64,000 nt of DNA from Marsupella aquatica (taxonomy: Eukaryota > Plantae > Marchantiophyta). Shown one piece after another: positions 1-10,899 of this stretch. Position 1 is the first letter of the stretch. The number at the start of each line of letters is the position of its first letter. Both the position numbers and the translations under genes were made by a program. The stretch is taken from NCBI GenBank assembly GCA_973895155.1, contig OZ316894.1:21919867-21983866 (forward strand), read 5' to 3'. The notes under the pieces were generated by a model that made no database searches, had not been told where the DNA came from, and saw only the letters and a program-made list of their open reading frames with translations.

Positions 1-523
1 ACACCTTTTTGACACATTACCAACCTTTTAGTGATTATAGTAAAAAAATCATACTTTCTCAGATTTACACACATCATCAAAATGGTGTGGTTTTAGTGAT
101 TCGGGGTGAATTTGATAAAACTGTGGGGTGCATTTGATAGCTCCCAAAAACAATTACTAGTGATTAATGATTAATGATTGGATGTGATTGGGTACCAAGG
201 GGCTACAAGCTTAGGTCTTGTTACAAAGTGGAATGCAAAACATACAGAAATGTCATCCTCCTGAGCCTAGAACCTGTATAGAATATTACTTATTTTTAAA
301 ATCCAGAAAATAAAACAATATGTTATTCTTTTGTTTTAGGTTTTTCGTAAATGATTCATACACCGAAAAGTCAGTGCTTATGCTTGGAATTCTTGAAATT
401 TGCATGAATAATTCTTTGCATCACCAAATGGCATCACTAACGAAGACTTGCATCAGGTTGTGCAAATAAATATTTTGTTAGTGAGGTACAAATTTCAATA
501 ATGATTTATTTATATGTGCAAAC

Positions 524-867
524 TGTTAGATATTGCTCTAGTCTTGTGACTCTTGAGCTAACCACAGTTAGTCTAACTCGGGTTAGGACTTAGCTAATGT
601 TAGCGGTAGTGCTATTGTGCATTTAGCCAGGGCTGATGCCAGACCCTGGTGGAACTTAGGCTCATTGTTACGGAGCTAGTTGAGAGATAGGGAGAGCTTG
701 TGCTGTGGATGCTTGGTATGACCGATCGGCCTAGAGTGCAGTAAAGCTCTTGTGTGTTCCCGTGGACGTAGCCTCATGTGGAGGTGAACCACGTATCTCT
801 CTGTGTCGACTATTGTGCGTTGGATGGTTCATGGGCTTGCCGTTGCGAATGTCGTCTATGCTCAACA
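524..867 (+). repeat. 5' LTR
   Basis: TGTTAGA...CTCAACA; 6 mismatches (all transitions) versus the 3' LTR by manual comparison. Confidence 0.97.
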
Positions 868-869
868 AG

Positions 870-881
870 TGGTATCAGAGC
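870..881 (+). promoter_or_regulatory. Primer-binding site (initiator tRNA-Met)
   Basis: TGGTATCAGAGC 2 nt after the 5' LTR; the canonical plant tRNA-iMet PBS. Confidence 0.95.
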
Positions 882-2708
882 ATGCCTGGGAGGTGACGAG
901 GTTTTTCGTGATAGGTTTTTCCAGCGTTCATTGTCGATGGTACATTCGGAGTTCGTCGCATGAAACTCGAATGTGTGTGGCTGTGCGGATAGGTGAGTGA
1001 GAGGGCGTTCTAACGGTGGTTAGAACTCGGATCGGTGGTGCGGAGGAATTGAAGCTTGCGTCGTTCAGGTGTTATTCGTGTTCGACGGGTTTTCGGGGGA
1101 GAGACCAGAGTTGGCGTTTTTCAACGGTGTGAGTTGTGCAGTGCTGGAGGGATCGCACATTATAGCTCAAGTTGAAGGTTGAAGCGAGCTGGTCGTTTCG
1201 GTATCTGGATTGCTGCCGAGTTGTTACTGAGTGCGACGTGACGAGTGACGGAGGCGTTCAGGTTTTTTTTCACAAGCTATGGAGCTTGTTCTCAACTGAA
1301 CCGGGTTTCTCTTCGTGACGTACGACTCAGTGATATGCAAAGTGCTACGGCTCAACGGTTTGATCGCGGCAAGGCGATTGTTTTGAGCCCGGGATTGGCA
1401 CTTGACGCGGAGTGAAGGTGACGCGGCGGAAAGTTTTTACTCTGCTGGAGCTGCAGACTGTGCCGGTGCAATTCGGCCACATTTACCGTCGGCGGCGTTC
1501 ACTTCCCTCATTTCAAACAGCGGCTTTTCAAGTGAGTTTTACATTCATTTTTTTCGGGGAAGTTTTTTGCGTTTTAAAGGGGGTTTTAGGTCATTTTTTA
1601 ACGAGGTGTATACACACTTCGTTTCGGCCTCGTATCGGCCTGGTTTTTGGCCGAGTACATACACGCGCCCACCTCCCCCCCCGGCGGGGTCCGCAGCACC
1701 GGCCGGCGCGCGCCCCGCACCTCACCCTTCGCAAGCCCCGACTCCCTCCCAGCTTAGCCTTAACCCCGGCCCTGCCTTTTGCGCCCACGCCCCTGGCGCG
1801 CCGTTACCCCGTATGCGCCCGGTGCCTGCCGGACGCCTCGCCCTACAGCCGACCATGCGCCCCCGTCATCCCATCTCACCCTCCCGCACGGCGCAGCATT
1901 TACTCCCGGCCCCCGCCTCTATACCCTGTACGCCACCTGGCCCGCCTCGCGTATGCGCGACACGGATGTGCCTTTTTATACTGGTATTTTTCAGGTTAAG
2001 GGGCTTAGCACCCCTTTAGGGCCCCTTTTTATGCCATTTTTTCCTCTCTTTTGGTTGTCCCTTGTGCCGGGACCTGCCGCCCTCCATTTTAACCTCTCCG
2101 ACAGGGGGAACGGCCCCCTGTGAGACCTGTCGGACTGTGCGGGAATATTCCCGAAAAACAGAGAGCTGTTTTATGCCCGTCCGACAAAGATTCCGTCCGC
2201 CGAACGATAACTTTTTTGGTTCTTTTTTGGCGAGGACGTTGCCACTGGAGTTAGCAATGCGGCGCACCGATCACATCGCAATTCCGACGACGGGTTGTAC
2301 TTGGTATTTAGGTTATTCTCCGAGGTGGTCAAAATGGGGGAGTTTCGCAATGTTTTACCCACCCCGACCAAAATTTGAATAACTTTTCCGTCGAATTTTG
2401 ATTTTGATTTTGGCTTTCAGTATTGGATTCCTAGCTTCGTGGGCTACGCGGCGGTGTTGAGTTTTGAGTTTTATGAGAAGTTTTGAAAAAAGACATTTTT
2501 TCGTGATTGTTTCATATGAGTGACTCGGAGGATACTGGAGAATTGGCGTCGGTGGAGCTTCAGGATCACGACGGTCAGACGGAGAGTCTAAGGAGGAGCT
2601 ACTACCATTTGAGGAGAAACAAGTAACACCGGTACGATCACCGGTGCGACGTGCAGTGGAGGAAGCTGTCTTACACTAGAGTTGTCGGTAGTTGGGAAGA
2701 AGAGACAG

Positions 2709-3569
2709 ATGGCTAGATTTGGAGGAGTAAAGTTTGAGGTGGAGAAGTACGATGGTCGTACTGATTACTTGCTGTGGGAGAAGCAAGTGAAGGGTGTTCT
2801 TCGGGCCATGGGCTTAGCTCATCTGCTCTCTTCGCGAGAGCAGTATGATGGAGAGGAGGAGATCTCAGAGAAGCAGTGGAGACAGGAGCAGGTGATTGTT
2901 GTTAATGCAGTGATGCTTTATCTGAAGCCGCACATCATCAAGCAGCTGGATGATTATGCGGATTGCGCATCACTGTTCAAGGCTCTTAGAGAGAAGTACT
3001 ACCGGGAAGATGCGTCAGACCGGCTGTACAAGAAGTCTCTCTTGATGAGCCTCAGACTCAAGGAAGGGAGCAAGATGGAGGATCATCTAGATGAATTTGA
3101 CAGTCTAGCGGTGGATCTGTCAAACCTGGGAAAAGGAGTTGAAGATGAGGATAAGGCCTTGCTTCTGCTAAGCTCCTTACCGTCGTCATATCAGGGCTTG
3201 AAACAGGTGCTCTTGTACAGAGATCTGAAGTCCATTTCGTATAATGAGGTGGTGAGCTCCTTGTTGTCTGATGATGCTCAGAAGAAGCTGGGTCAATCAC
3301 AGACAGCATCTTCTTCTGGCACTGCGCTGAATGTGAACCGGGGAAGAGCAGCGCAACGCACAAATGGGCAGAACAGGTTTAGATCTACATCACGGGGGAG
3401 ATCTAAATCCAGAGGGAAATCGCAAGAGAGGAAGCCTCTTGCATGTTGGAATTATGGCAAGCCAGGCCACATGAAAAGGGATTGTCGAGTAAAGATCCCT
3501 ACTGCATCTGCTAACGCGGCATCGAGCTCGCATGAGGTAGATTTACTTGATGATGATGACATATTGTGA
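2709..3569 (+). CDS. Copia Gag (degenerate CCHC zinc knuckle)
   Basis: ATG at 2709 (MARFGGVKFEVEKYDGRTDYLLW) and LLLLSSLPSSY motif. Knuckle reads CWNYGKPGHMKRDC, with the second Cys changed to Tyr. Ends TGA at 3567-3569. Confidence 0.88.
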   Translation: MARFGGVKFEVEKYDGRTDYLLWEKQVKGVLRAMGLAHLLSSREQYDGEEEISEKQWRQEQVIVVNAVMLYLKPHIIKQLDDYADCASLFKALREKYYREDASDRLYKKSLLMSLRLKEGSKMEDHLDEFDSLAVDLSNLGKGVEDEDKALLLLSSLPSSYQGLKQVLLYRDLKSISYNEVVSSLLSDDAQKKLGQSQTASSSGTALNVNRGRAAQRTNGQNRFRSTSRGRSKSRGKSQERKPLACWNYGKPGHMKRDCRVKIPTASANAASSSHEVDLLDDDDIL

Positions 3570-6500
3570 TGCCAAGGTTATGCTCTCAACGTAGTGTCAA
3601 ATCCAGGTAGTGATGACTGGATTCTAGATAGTGCATGTACTTTTCACATTTGCTCTAGGAGAGATTTTTTCAGTTCTTACACGGTTTCCAACGGGTCAGT
3701 GTTGATGGGAAATGGAATCCCATGTCAAGTTGTTGGACTTGGATCTGTAAGATTTCAGATGTTTGATGGTGCTGTAAGAACGTTGAGGAATGTGAGACAC
3801 ATTCCCAGCATGATGAAAAATCTCATTTCACTTGGTGTTTTAGAGACAAATGGCCATCAGTGGAGTTCTGCTCATGGTGTTCTTCAGGTTTCAACTGGTA
3901 CTAAAGTTGTATTGAAGGGAAAGAGACATAGCAATCTATACGTTTTGGAGGGCAGCGTAGTTTGTGATGAAGCCAATGTAACCTTATCTCATGAGGAGAT
4001 GGCCCGGCTGTGGCACTTCCGTTTGGGCCACATGAGTGAAAAAGGTTTGGTTATTCTTCAGAAGAAAGGATTACTTTCTAATTTACAATCTTGTAAGTTG
4101 GAATTTTGTGAGCACTGTGTGCTAGGGAAGCAGCACAGGAAACCCTTCGGAGTTGGAACTCACACCAGCAAGGAGGTACTTGAGTATGTACATAGTGATG
4201 TGTGGGGTCCAGCCCCTACTCCCTCACATTCTGGACGGTTATACTATGTCGCGTTTATAGACGATTACTCAAGGTATGTGTGGATATACTTTATACACAA
4301 TAAGTCTGATATTTTTGTCACTTTTAAGGAGTGGAAAGCCCAAGTTGAGAATCAAACTGGTAATAAGGTGAGATATCTTCGATCGGATAACGGCGGTGAA
4401 TACAGTTCCGGGGAATTTGGAACGTATTGTAAGGAGCAAGGGATTACCCGCCATCTCACAACAAGTTATACTCCTCAACAGAATGGTGTTTCTGAGAGAC
4501 TCAACCGAACACTATTGGACCGCTCGAGGAGTATGTTGAGTCAATCATGCTTACCACATGAGTTTTGGGCTAAAGCTGTCAACACTGCAGCTTATTTGGT
4601 AAATTTTTCTCCATCCAGTTCTATTGGATTCAAGACGCCATTTGAAATGAGGTACGGGCGTCCAGCAGATTACTCACATCTGAGGATTTTTGGATGTGAT
4701 GCTTATGTGCTTACACCTTCCCAGCTTCGATCCAAGCTGGAGTCCAAGTCGAAGAAGTGCATTTTCCTTGGCTATCATAAAGGTGTTAAGGGTTATAGGT
4801 TATGGGATCCAGTAACCTGTAAACTAATTGTCAGTAGAGATGTGTCCTTTAATGAATCCAGATCATCAAAGGAGGGGGAGAGTTCTCAGGACTCCCATAC
4901 TGACAAGGGGAAATCTCCCATCCTGGACCGGGTTGAGGGGGAGATTAGTCATGATGCAGTTCATGACAGGAGAGATGGAGAAGCTCCGGGCTTGGAGCTG
5001 GTTCCTGTGATGGAACAAGAGGAGCAAACTGTTGCTGGGTACCTCAAATTCAACCAGCAGCAACAACAGATCAGCCTCAGTCATCTACTAGAAGAACTTC
5101 CAGTCGTTCTACTAGAGCTCCTACCAGGTATGGTCAATGGGCAGACTCATCTAAGCTAGATGATATTGACATTGCACCTCATGAAGATGATATGGCTTTG
5201 ATCTTGGAAGAAGGAGAGCCTTCTTCGTATAGTGAGGCTTGTGCTTCAGAGCAGAAGCATGAGTGGAATGCAACAATTCAAAGGGAGTTGCAATCTTTGA
5301 GTGACAACAAGACATGGGAGTTGGTGGAGCTTCCAAGAGGTCAGCAAGTGGTGGACAGCAAGTGGATTTACAAGTTGAAGGATAGTCCTTCAGAGGGTGG
5401 AGACAAGATCTACAAGGCAAGGCTTGTTGCCAAGGGATTCACTCAGGAGAAAGGAGTGGATTACAATGAGGTCTTTTCACCGGTGGCTAAGTATTCCACA
5501 ATTCGGATCTTGTGTCAGCTTGTTGTGTTATTTGGTCTGGTGATGGATCAGATGGATGTTGTTATTGCTTTTCTCTATGGCAACTTGGAAGAGATGATCT
5601 TCATGAGACAGCCGCTAGACTTTATGAAGAAAGGCCAAGAGAACTTAGTTTGCAGATTGCTCAAGTCCTTGTATGGATTGAAGCAGTCTCCCAGACAGTG
5701 GAACAAGCGGTTTGATGATTTCATGTTTGCTCAAGGTTTTACAAGGATGGTGTATGATCCTTGTGTGTATACGAAATCAATCAAGAATGATGTATTTGGT
5801 TTCATCATTCTGGTGATCTATGTGGATGACATGCTGATTGTGGCTAAAGATCAATCTGAGGTTGACAGTCTCAAGGCAAAATTGAGTGCTGAATTCAGGA
5901 TGAAGGATCTTGGTAAGGCCAAGAGGATCTTAGGAATGGAGATTTTTAGGAACTCTGAGACTGGACAGTTGTGCTTGAGTCAAGGCCAGTATGCGAGGAA
6001 AATACTTGCACGATTCAACATGGAAAATTGTAAGTCAGTGAGTATTCCTTTAGCTTCACATTTCAAGTTATCATCGGCTTTCTCTCCTACGGATGCTGTG
6101 GAGAAAGGTCTGATGGCTAAGATTCCTTATGAGAAGGCAGTAGGCAGTCTGATGTATTTGATGACTTGTACTAGGCCTGACTTAGCCCTAGCGATGGGCA
6201 AGGTTAGCAGATTCATGTCAAATCCAGGGAAGGTACATTGGGAAGCTGTGAAGTGGATTCTCAGGTATCTGAAGGGTACACAGGACTATGGATTACTATT
6301 TGATAACAGATCAAATAGAACGTTAGTTGGCTATGTAGATTCTGACTATGGAGGCTGTCTGGATACAAGGAGATCTACAACTGGGTTTGTATACACTCTT
6401 GGAGGAGGATGTATCAGTTGGAAATCTACCTTGCAGAAGTGCATATCTAAGTCTACTACAGAAGCAGAGTATGTTGCAGCAGCAGAAGCTGCAAAGGAAG

Positions 6501-6787
6501 CAATTTGGTTGGATAAGTTGATCGCGGAGATGGGTTTAGAGCATGGAAAAATGACTCTAAACTGTGATAGTCAGAGTGCTCTTCACTTGGCTGCTAACCA
6601 GGTGATGGATAGCAGGGTGAAGCACATTGATATCAAGTACCATTTTATCAGGCAAGCAGTGTCTGATAAAACTTTTGAGCTAGTCAAGATTGATGGAAAG
6701 CTCAATCCCGCTGATGCCTTTACCAAAGTGATTCCTTTGGAGAGTTTCTCAAGACACCGTGCTACTTTGCAGGTTTTGCAGTTGTAG
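3570..6787 (+). pseudogene. Copia Pol (PR-IN-RT-RNaseH) with a frameshift near 5030-5045
   Basis: PR WILDSACTFH, IN LWHFRLGH..CEHC, HSDVWGP, LRSDNGGEY and PQQNGVSER are in the same frame as gag. The linker RRTSSRSTRAPTRY, RT KARLVAKG / SLYGLKQSPRQW / IYVDDML and RNaseH KHIDIKYHFIR are in a different frame (ORF 5192-6787). Confidence 0.92.
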
Positions 6788-6970
6788 TGCAAGTAGAGTT
6801 ATTTAGAATGTGTGACTATTTGTATATGGATTACTCATTCCTGTTTGGCTACGGCTTAGTTCTAGTTAACCCTTAGTTAACCCTTGTGGTTTTTAGGGGG
6901 AGACCTGGTTTGGTGATTGTCTAGAACTTCCCGCTGAGGATTCCATATGGTTGCATTTAGTCCAGTCCCC

Positions 6971-6991
6971 AAGACAAGAGTCAAGGGGGAG
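6971..6991 (+). promoter_or_regulatory. Polypurine tract
   Basis: AAGACAAGAGTCAAGGGGGAG just before the 3' LTR. Confidence 0.85.
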
Positions 6992-6993
6992 TT

Positions 6994-7337
6994 TGTTAGA
7001 TATTGCTCTAGTCTTGTGACTCTTGAGCTAACCACAGTTAGTCTAACTCGGGTTAGAACTTAGCTAATGTTAGCGGTAGTGCTATTGTGCATTTAGCCAG
7101 GGCTGATGCCAGACCCTGATGGAACTTAGGCTCATTGTTACGGAGCTAGTTGAGAGATAGGGAGAGCTTGTGCTGTGGATGCTTGGTATGGCCGATCGGC
7201 CTAGAGTGCAATAAAGCTCTTGTGTGTTCCCGTGGACGTAGCCTCATGTGGAGGTGAACCACGTATCTCTCTGTGTTGACTATTGTGCGTTGGATGGTTC
7301 ATGGGCTTGTCGTTGCGAATGTCGTCTATGCTCAACA
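6994..7337 (+). repeat. 3' LTR
   Basis: Near-identical copy of 524-867; contains AATAAA at about 7210; followed by TSD CAAAC. Confidence 0.97.
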
Positions 7338-9349
7338 CAAACTGGGATAACTCTATGATATGTAATAGGGCATAATATTTCCATGCGAGGCTTACTCGAT
7401 AGCATAATTATATAAGAAACATAAATATATAAAAAATAACGGACGAGTATCTTTTATAGGTATGCTATAAAATACTCCTACGCAAGAAATAGAATAGAAT
7501 ACAGGGTCTATCCTTTTCTTCTTCTTCCTTTTTGGGACCATAGTAAATTCTACTGTAAGTGTTCTCGAATGAGCGAATCCCAATGAATTTCACTCCAAGC
7601 CGACATCCTCTTATTCCTCATTCATCCCTCACACTTTCTATGAAGAGTGGTGGTTGTATAGGTGTAAATAGAGCTACCATCAACCTTATTCTTTATTGAC
7701 AAAATTACTAGATTCCACCTCTCTAAAAACTATCTGTCACTTTTGGCAAAAGTTAGCTACTGTAGGCTTTTGACTTTCACTAACCCGTTTCCCGCCTAGC
7801 CACACTCCCCTTTAGTCTGAATCTAACAGCTATCCTTAAATCTAGGGATATTTCATGATCACAAATAAATCTAGCAAAATTAGATCAGGAATGTTCCTTG
7901 GATCTTCTCTTCACATAAGGTGACATTCCTCCCATAGTTAAAGAGGAAAAACCTTAAAAATTAAGCCGGCAACAATCCCAAGTCCCAATGATCTTGTAGT
8001 GAATCCTAGAGAGGGGCTATGGTAGCTTACAGTTTTTGTGTGTTCTGGAACACGGAGCCAAAAGTAAGTGTTCTTTTGGCACAATCAGGTGACATAAATC
8101 CTTCCAAACCATAGCTTTGGCGACGTGTCTCACCTGAATGCCCATGGTGCAGATTTGGCCAAGACTCCCAATGACGTTGAAGTACTTTAAGCGATATTTT
8201 CGCTTACCAAGCTGGCCTATGAGGAACTTTAAGTTTAGTAGGCAACACTTTTTTCCTATCCTATTTATTTATATTCTCCGTTTAAAGAATTATGAACAGT
8301 GAGGCTCCAATTGCTTTCTTCATGATTTTCAGCTACATGGGAAGCTGAAGTTGGCAAGAGCACAATGCTTGACAAGATGCTAGGATAGACTAGCATGGAC
8401 CATTCTGAAATGGTCGTTTCCGTCATGTAACACTTTTTTTTATGTATATATGTTCATTCTCGTAAAACAGAAGGTAATGAGACCCAAAAGTATATATATG
8501 AATGACTCTGCCAAAACAACAGGAACACCAAAATGGGAGACATGATCCCAAAGGCAAAAAGACCCAATAAAAAGAGGGGAGGGGGGAGGAAAGGGGAGGA
8601 ACCGGATAGGGCCCAAAGAAGACCAACCAGTCCAACAAGCCAAGGATTCCCCCACAAAGGAACCAATACAAAAACAAAGAACCTACAAAGAAGCCAAGAA
8701 GACTAACATCCTACTGGGTGAAGAACTAAAAAGTCTGATAGAGCTTGGGAGTAAACCACATAGGAGGGTCACAAACGGGGACCTGTCTAGAGTCTCTAAA
8801 ACCTCTAGACAGGGAAATAACTCAACAAGGTCTTTAGTGGGCATTGATGTACTCCATTATCTTGGGACATACCAAATGGAGTAAGTACAAGACTAGACCC
8901 AGGAATGAGTAGTCGTTGACTGAATAAAACTTGCTCAACACCCCCTTGTCATTCAGCAAACTTGGCTATACGGGTCAGTTGTGGAATGTTTGGGAGAAGT
9001 TGAGGGAAATCCAGTCTTTTGACCCTAATAATAGTGCTAATTTGTTCAGCCGGATTGGAAAAGCTACATGCAGGGATTTATGATTTACCAGAGGACTACC
9101 TAGGAACTACCTAGGATGCTTGTTTGTATATGAGGGCAATTAGGCATGACAAAACTAGGTGACTTTTGGTCTGTTACTGCTGGAGCCTTAATGTAGAATT
9201 TGACTCATTCATTCCAAGGAACTCCTGAGAGATACATCAACTTGTATTAGACTCTCCTAGTGGTGATACAGAATTTAACATTTTGAGGGGGTGGCTTTGA
9301 TTCTCTGGCCCGGCAGCTGGGCTTGGCTGACAAAGATGTGACAATCAAG

Positions 9350-9700
9350 AATTTTGGAATCCCAAAATTGTAGAGTCTATTACATGCTTTGTCCTGCAGA
9401 AATGATCACTCTCAATCAAATTGAATCTGTGAGGAAACGTTCACTGAGAATGACTGTGAGTGCCATTTGGACACACAGGCTATGGTCTTCTGATCTATCA
9501 ACTGGAGCCAAGGTGTTTGTCTGGCACAATTTTGCTCAAGTACTTTCTACTGGCTCGCCTACCCGCTCGTGGGCTCTTAATCGGAAAATGAGATGGTAGA
9601 GGTGGTATTTTCCCTTGAATTGTTGATGCCATTCTACATTTGATTTTTGTATGTTGACATGCCAGGCATTGTTGGAGGATTGCTAGTGATTGGCTAGGTG
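9350..9700 (+). mobile_element. Degenerate L1-type LINE ORF2 C-terminal (zf-RVT) fragment
   Basis: IWTHRLWSSDLSTGAKVFVW followed, after disruptions, by ILHLIFVC*HARHCW; resembles the W..W...K.F.W...HL.F.C motif of plant LINE zinc-binding regions. Confidence 0.5.
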
Positions 9701-10899
9701 CAGGAAGCATTGAATCAGATCTCAACCTGGTTTTTCTATTGGGTAATATCAGGAGATCAGGTCACTCATAGACAATAAGAATTTATGATATATCAAGTAT
9801 TGTGGAGTTTATTGCTGGCTAGGGGTGGACAGACCTTTGACCCAGCTCAAAGACATTGCTTAAATCCACACTCCGTTATGACTTTTAAGCCTTGGATCAA
9901 CTGACCACTGTGGTGCTGCCACATCTCCTGGGAATAGACACACAAGATTACTAAGGGCGGGAGAAGTGATTGCTCCTGAAAGAGAAGGCTCTATGAGACT
10001 TGGGCCCTGAATACTCTAACTCTCGTACTAGAATATTGTATGCTTTGCTTATTATGTAGACTGATGGTAGGACACAGGACAAAACATTGTAACTACAGTT
10101 AGCTTGTAATTCTTGCTAATAAGATTTGTCAAATTGGTACTCTAACACACTAGGCCGCCCTGTGCTTGAAGGTTGGATTGATTAGCTAGGATGTCACTAG
10201 GAAACTTGCTCCATTATAACACACTAGAGCTATATCAGACCCAATAAGATACTCCACTCCTTTTAAGCATACTTAGGTGCCTTTGTAAAACATGTCATAT
10301 AGCCCAGGCATTAGAATGTTGTTGGTCAAGCATCCAGGCCCATTTTGTAGCCAGTTCAACTCTTGGGGGGCCGAGTATAAAAATCATAGGAATTTCATGC
10401 GATCCAAAATATGTATTTTTGATAGAAATGAACAGAAATTTTAAAAAGCGTAGGAGATAAAAGAAGATGTTATAAACTCACATTTATAGATATTCTCTAA
10501 TATATACCATTTATAAAGTAAAATAGGCAGTTAATATGACAAATTAACAATGTTCTTATAATATTTTCTTTATAAAATTGGTGTATTTATATTAGGCTAG
10601 GATTACACATGATACCCCAAAATATGCAGTAAGGCAATTCAACTACACATTGTGAAGCCACCTTGATGACACTTCATGCTCATGGTCTACATTTGCAGCT
10701 ATATGATCAGGCTCCCCTCTTCTTGAAAATTTTAGCCACAGGACTCAGACCTTCTGATCTATGCCTTATACATGTTCCACATTTTTCAGGACAAGGTGAA
10801 TCTGGCTACATTTGTGAGAATTTTCAAGATGTTTTTCACTCGGCTCTTACTTAGTTGGTCTTTAATTCTCTTTTCCTTTTGTCAGTGTATTGCACCAAT

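Larger units (their letters stand above)
524..7337 (+). mobile_element. Full-length Ty1/copia LTR retrotransposon (Tnt1/Tork-like by motif similarity), probably inactivated
   Basis: Two 344-bp LTRs (TG...CA) and a 5-bp TSD CAAAC at 519-523 and 7338-7342. PBS and PPT are present. Domain order gag-PR-IN-RT-RNaseH is diagnostic of copia. Confidence 0.98.

Noticed and set aside
1-145. Possible Mutator-like terminal inverted repeat end
   Set aside because: The partner terminus is not in the window and cannot be verified.
1402-2123. Overlapping 114-205 aa Pro/Ala/Arg-rich ORFs in the copia leader
   Set aside because: They are open in several frames because of C-rich low complexity, mostly lack ATG starts, and show no recognisable domain.
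7360-7828. Possible older minus-strand LTR starting TGTTAGATTC at 7828
   Set aside because: I could not define the other end or a clean TSD.
8430-8900. Possible minus-strand LINE 3' end with A tail
   Set aside because: Only compositional hints and a weak IW..R motif; not enough for a feature call.
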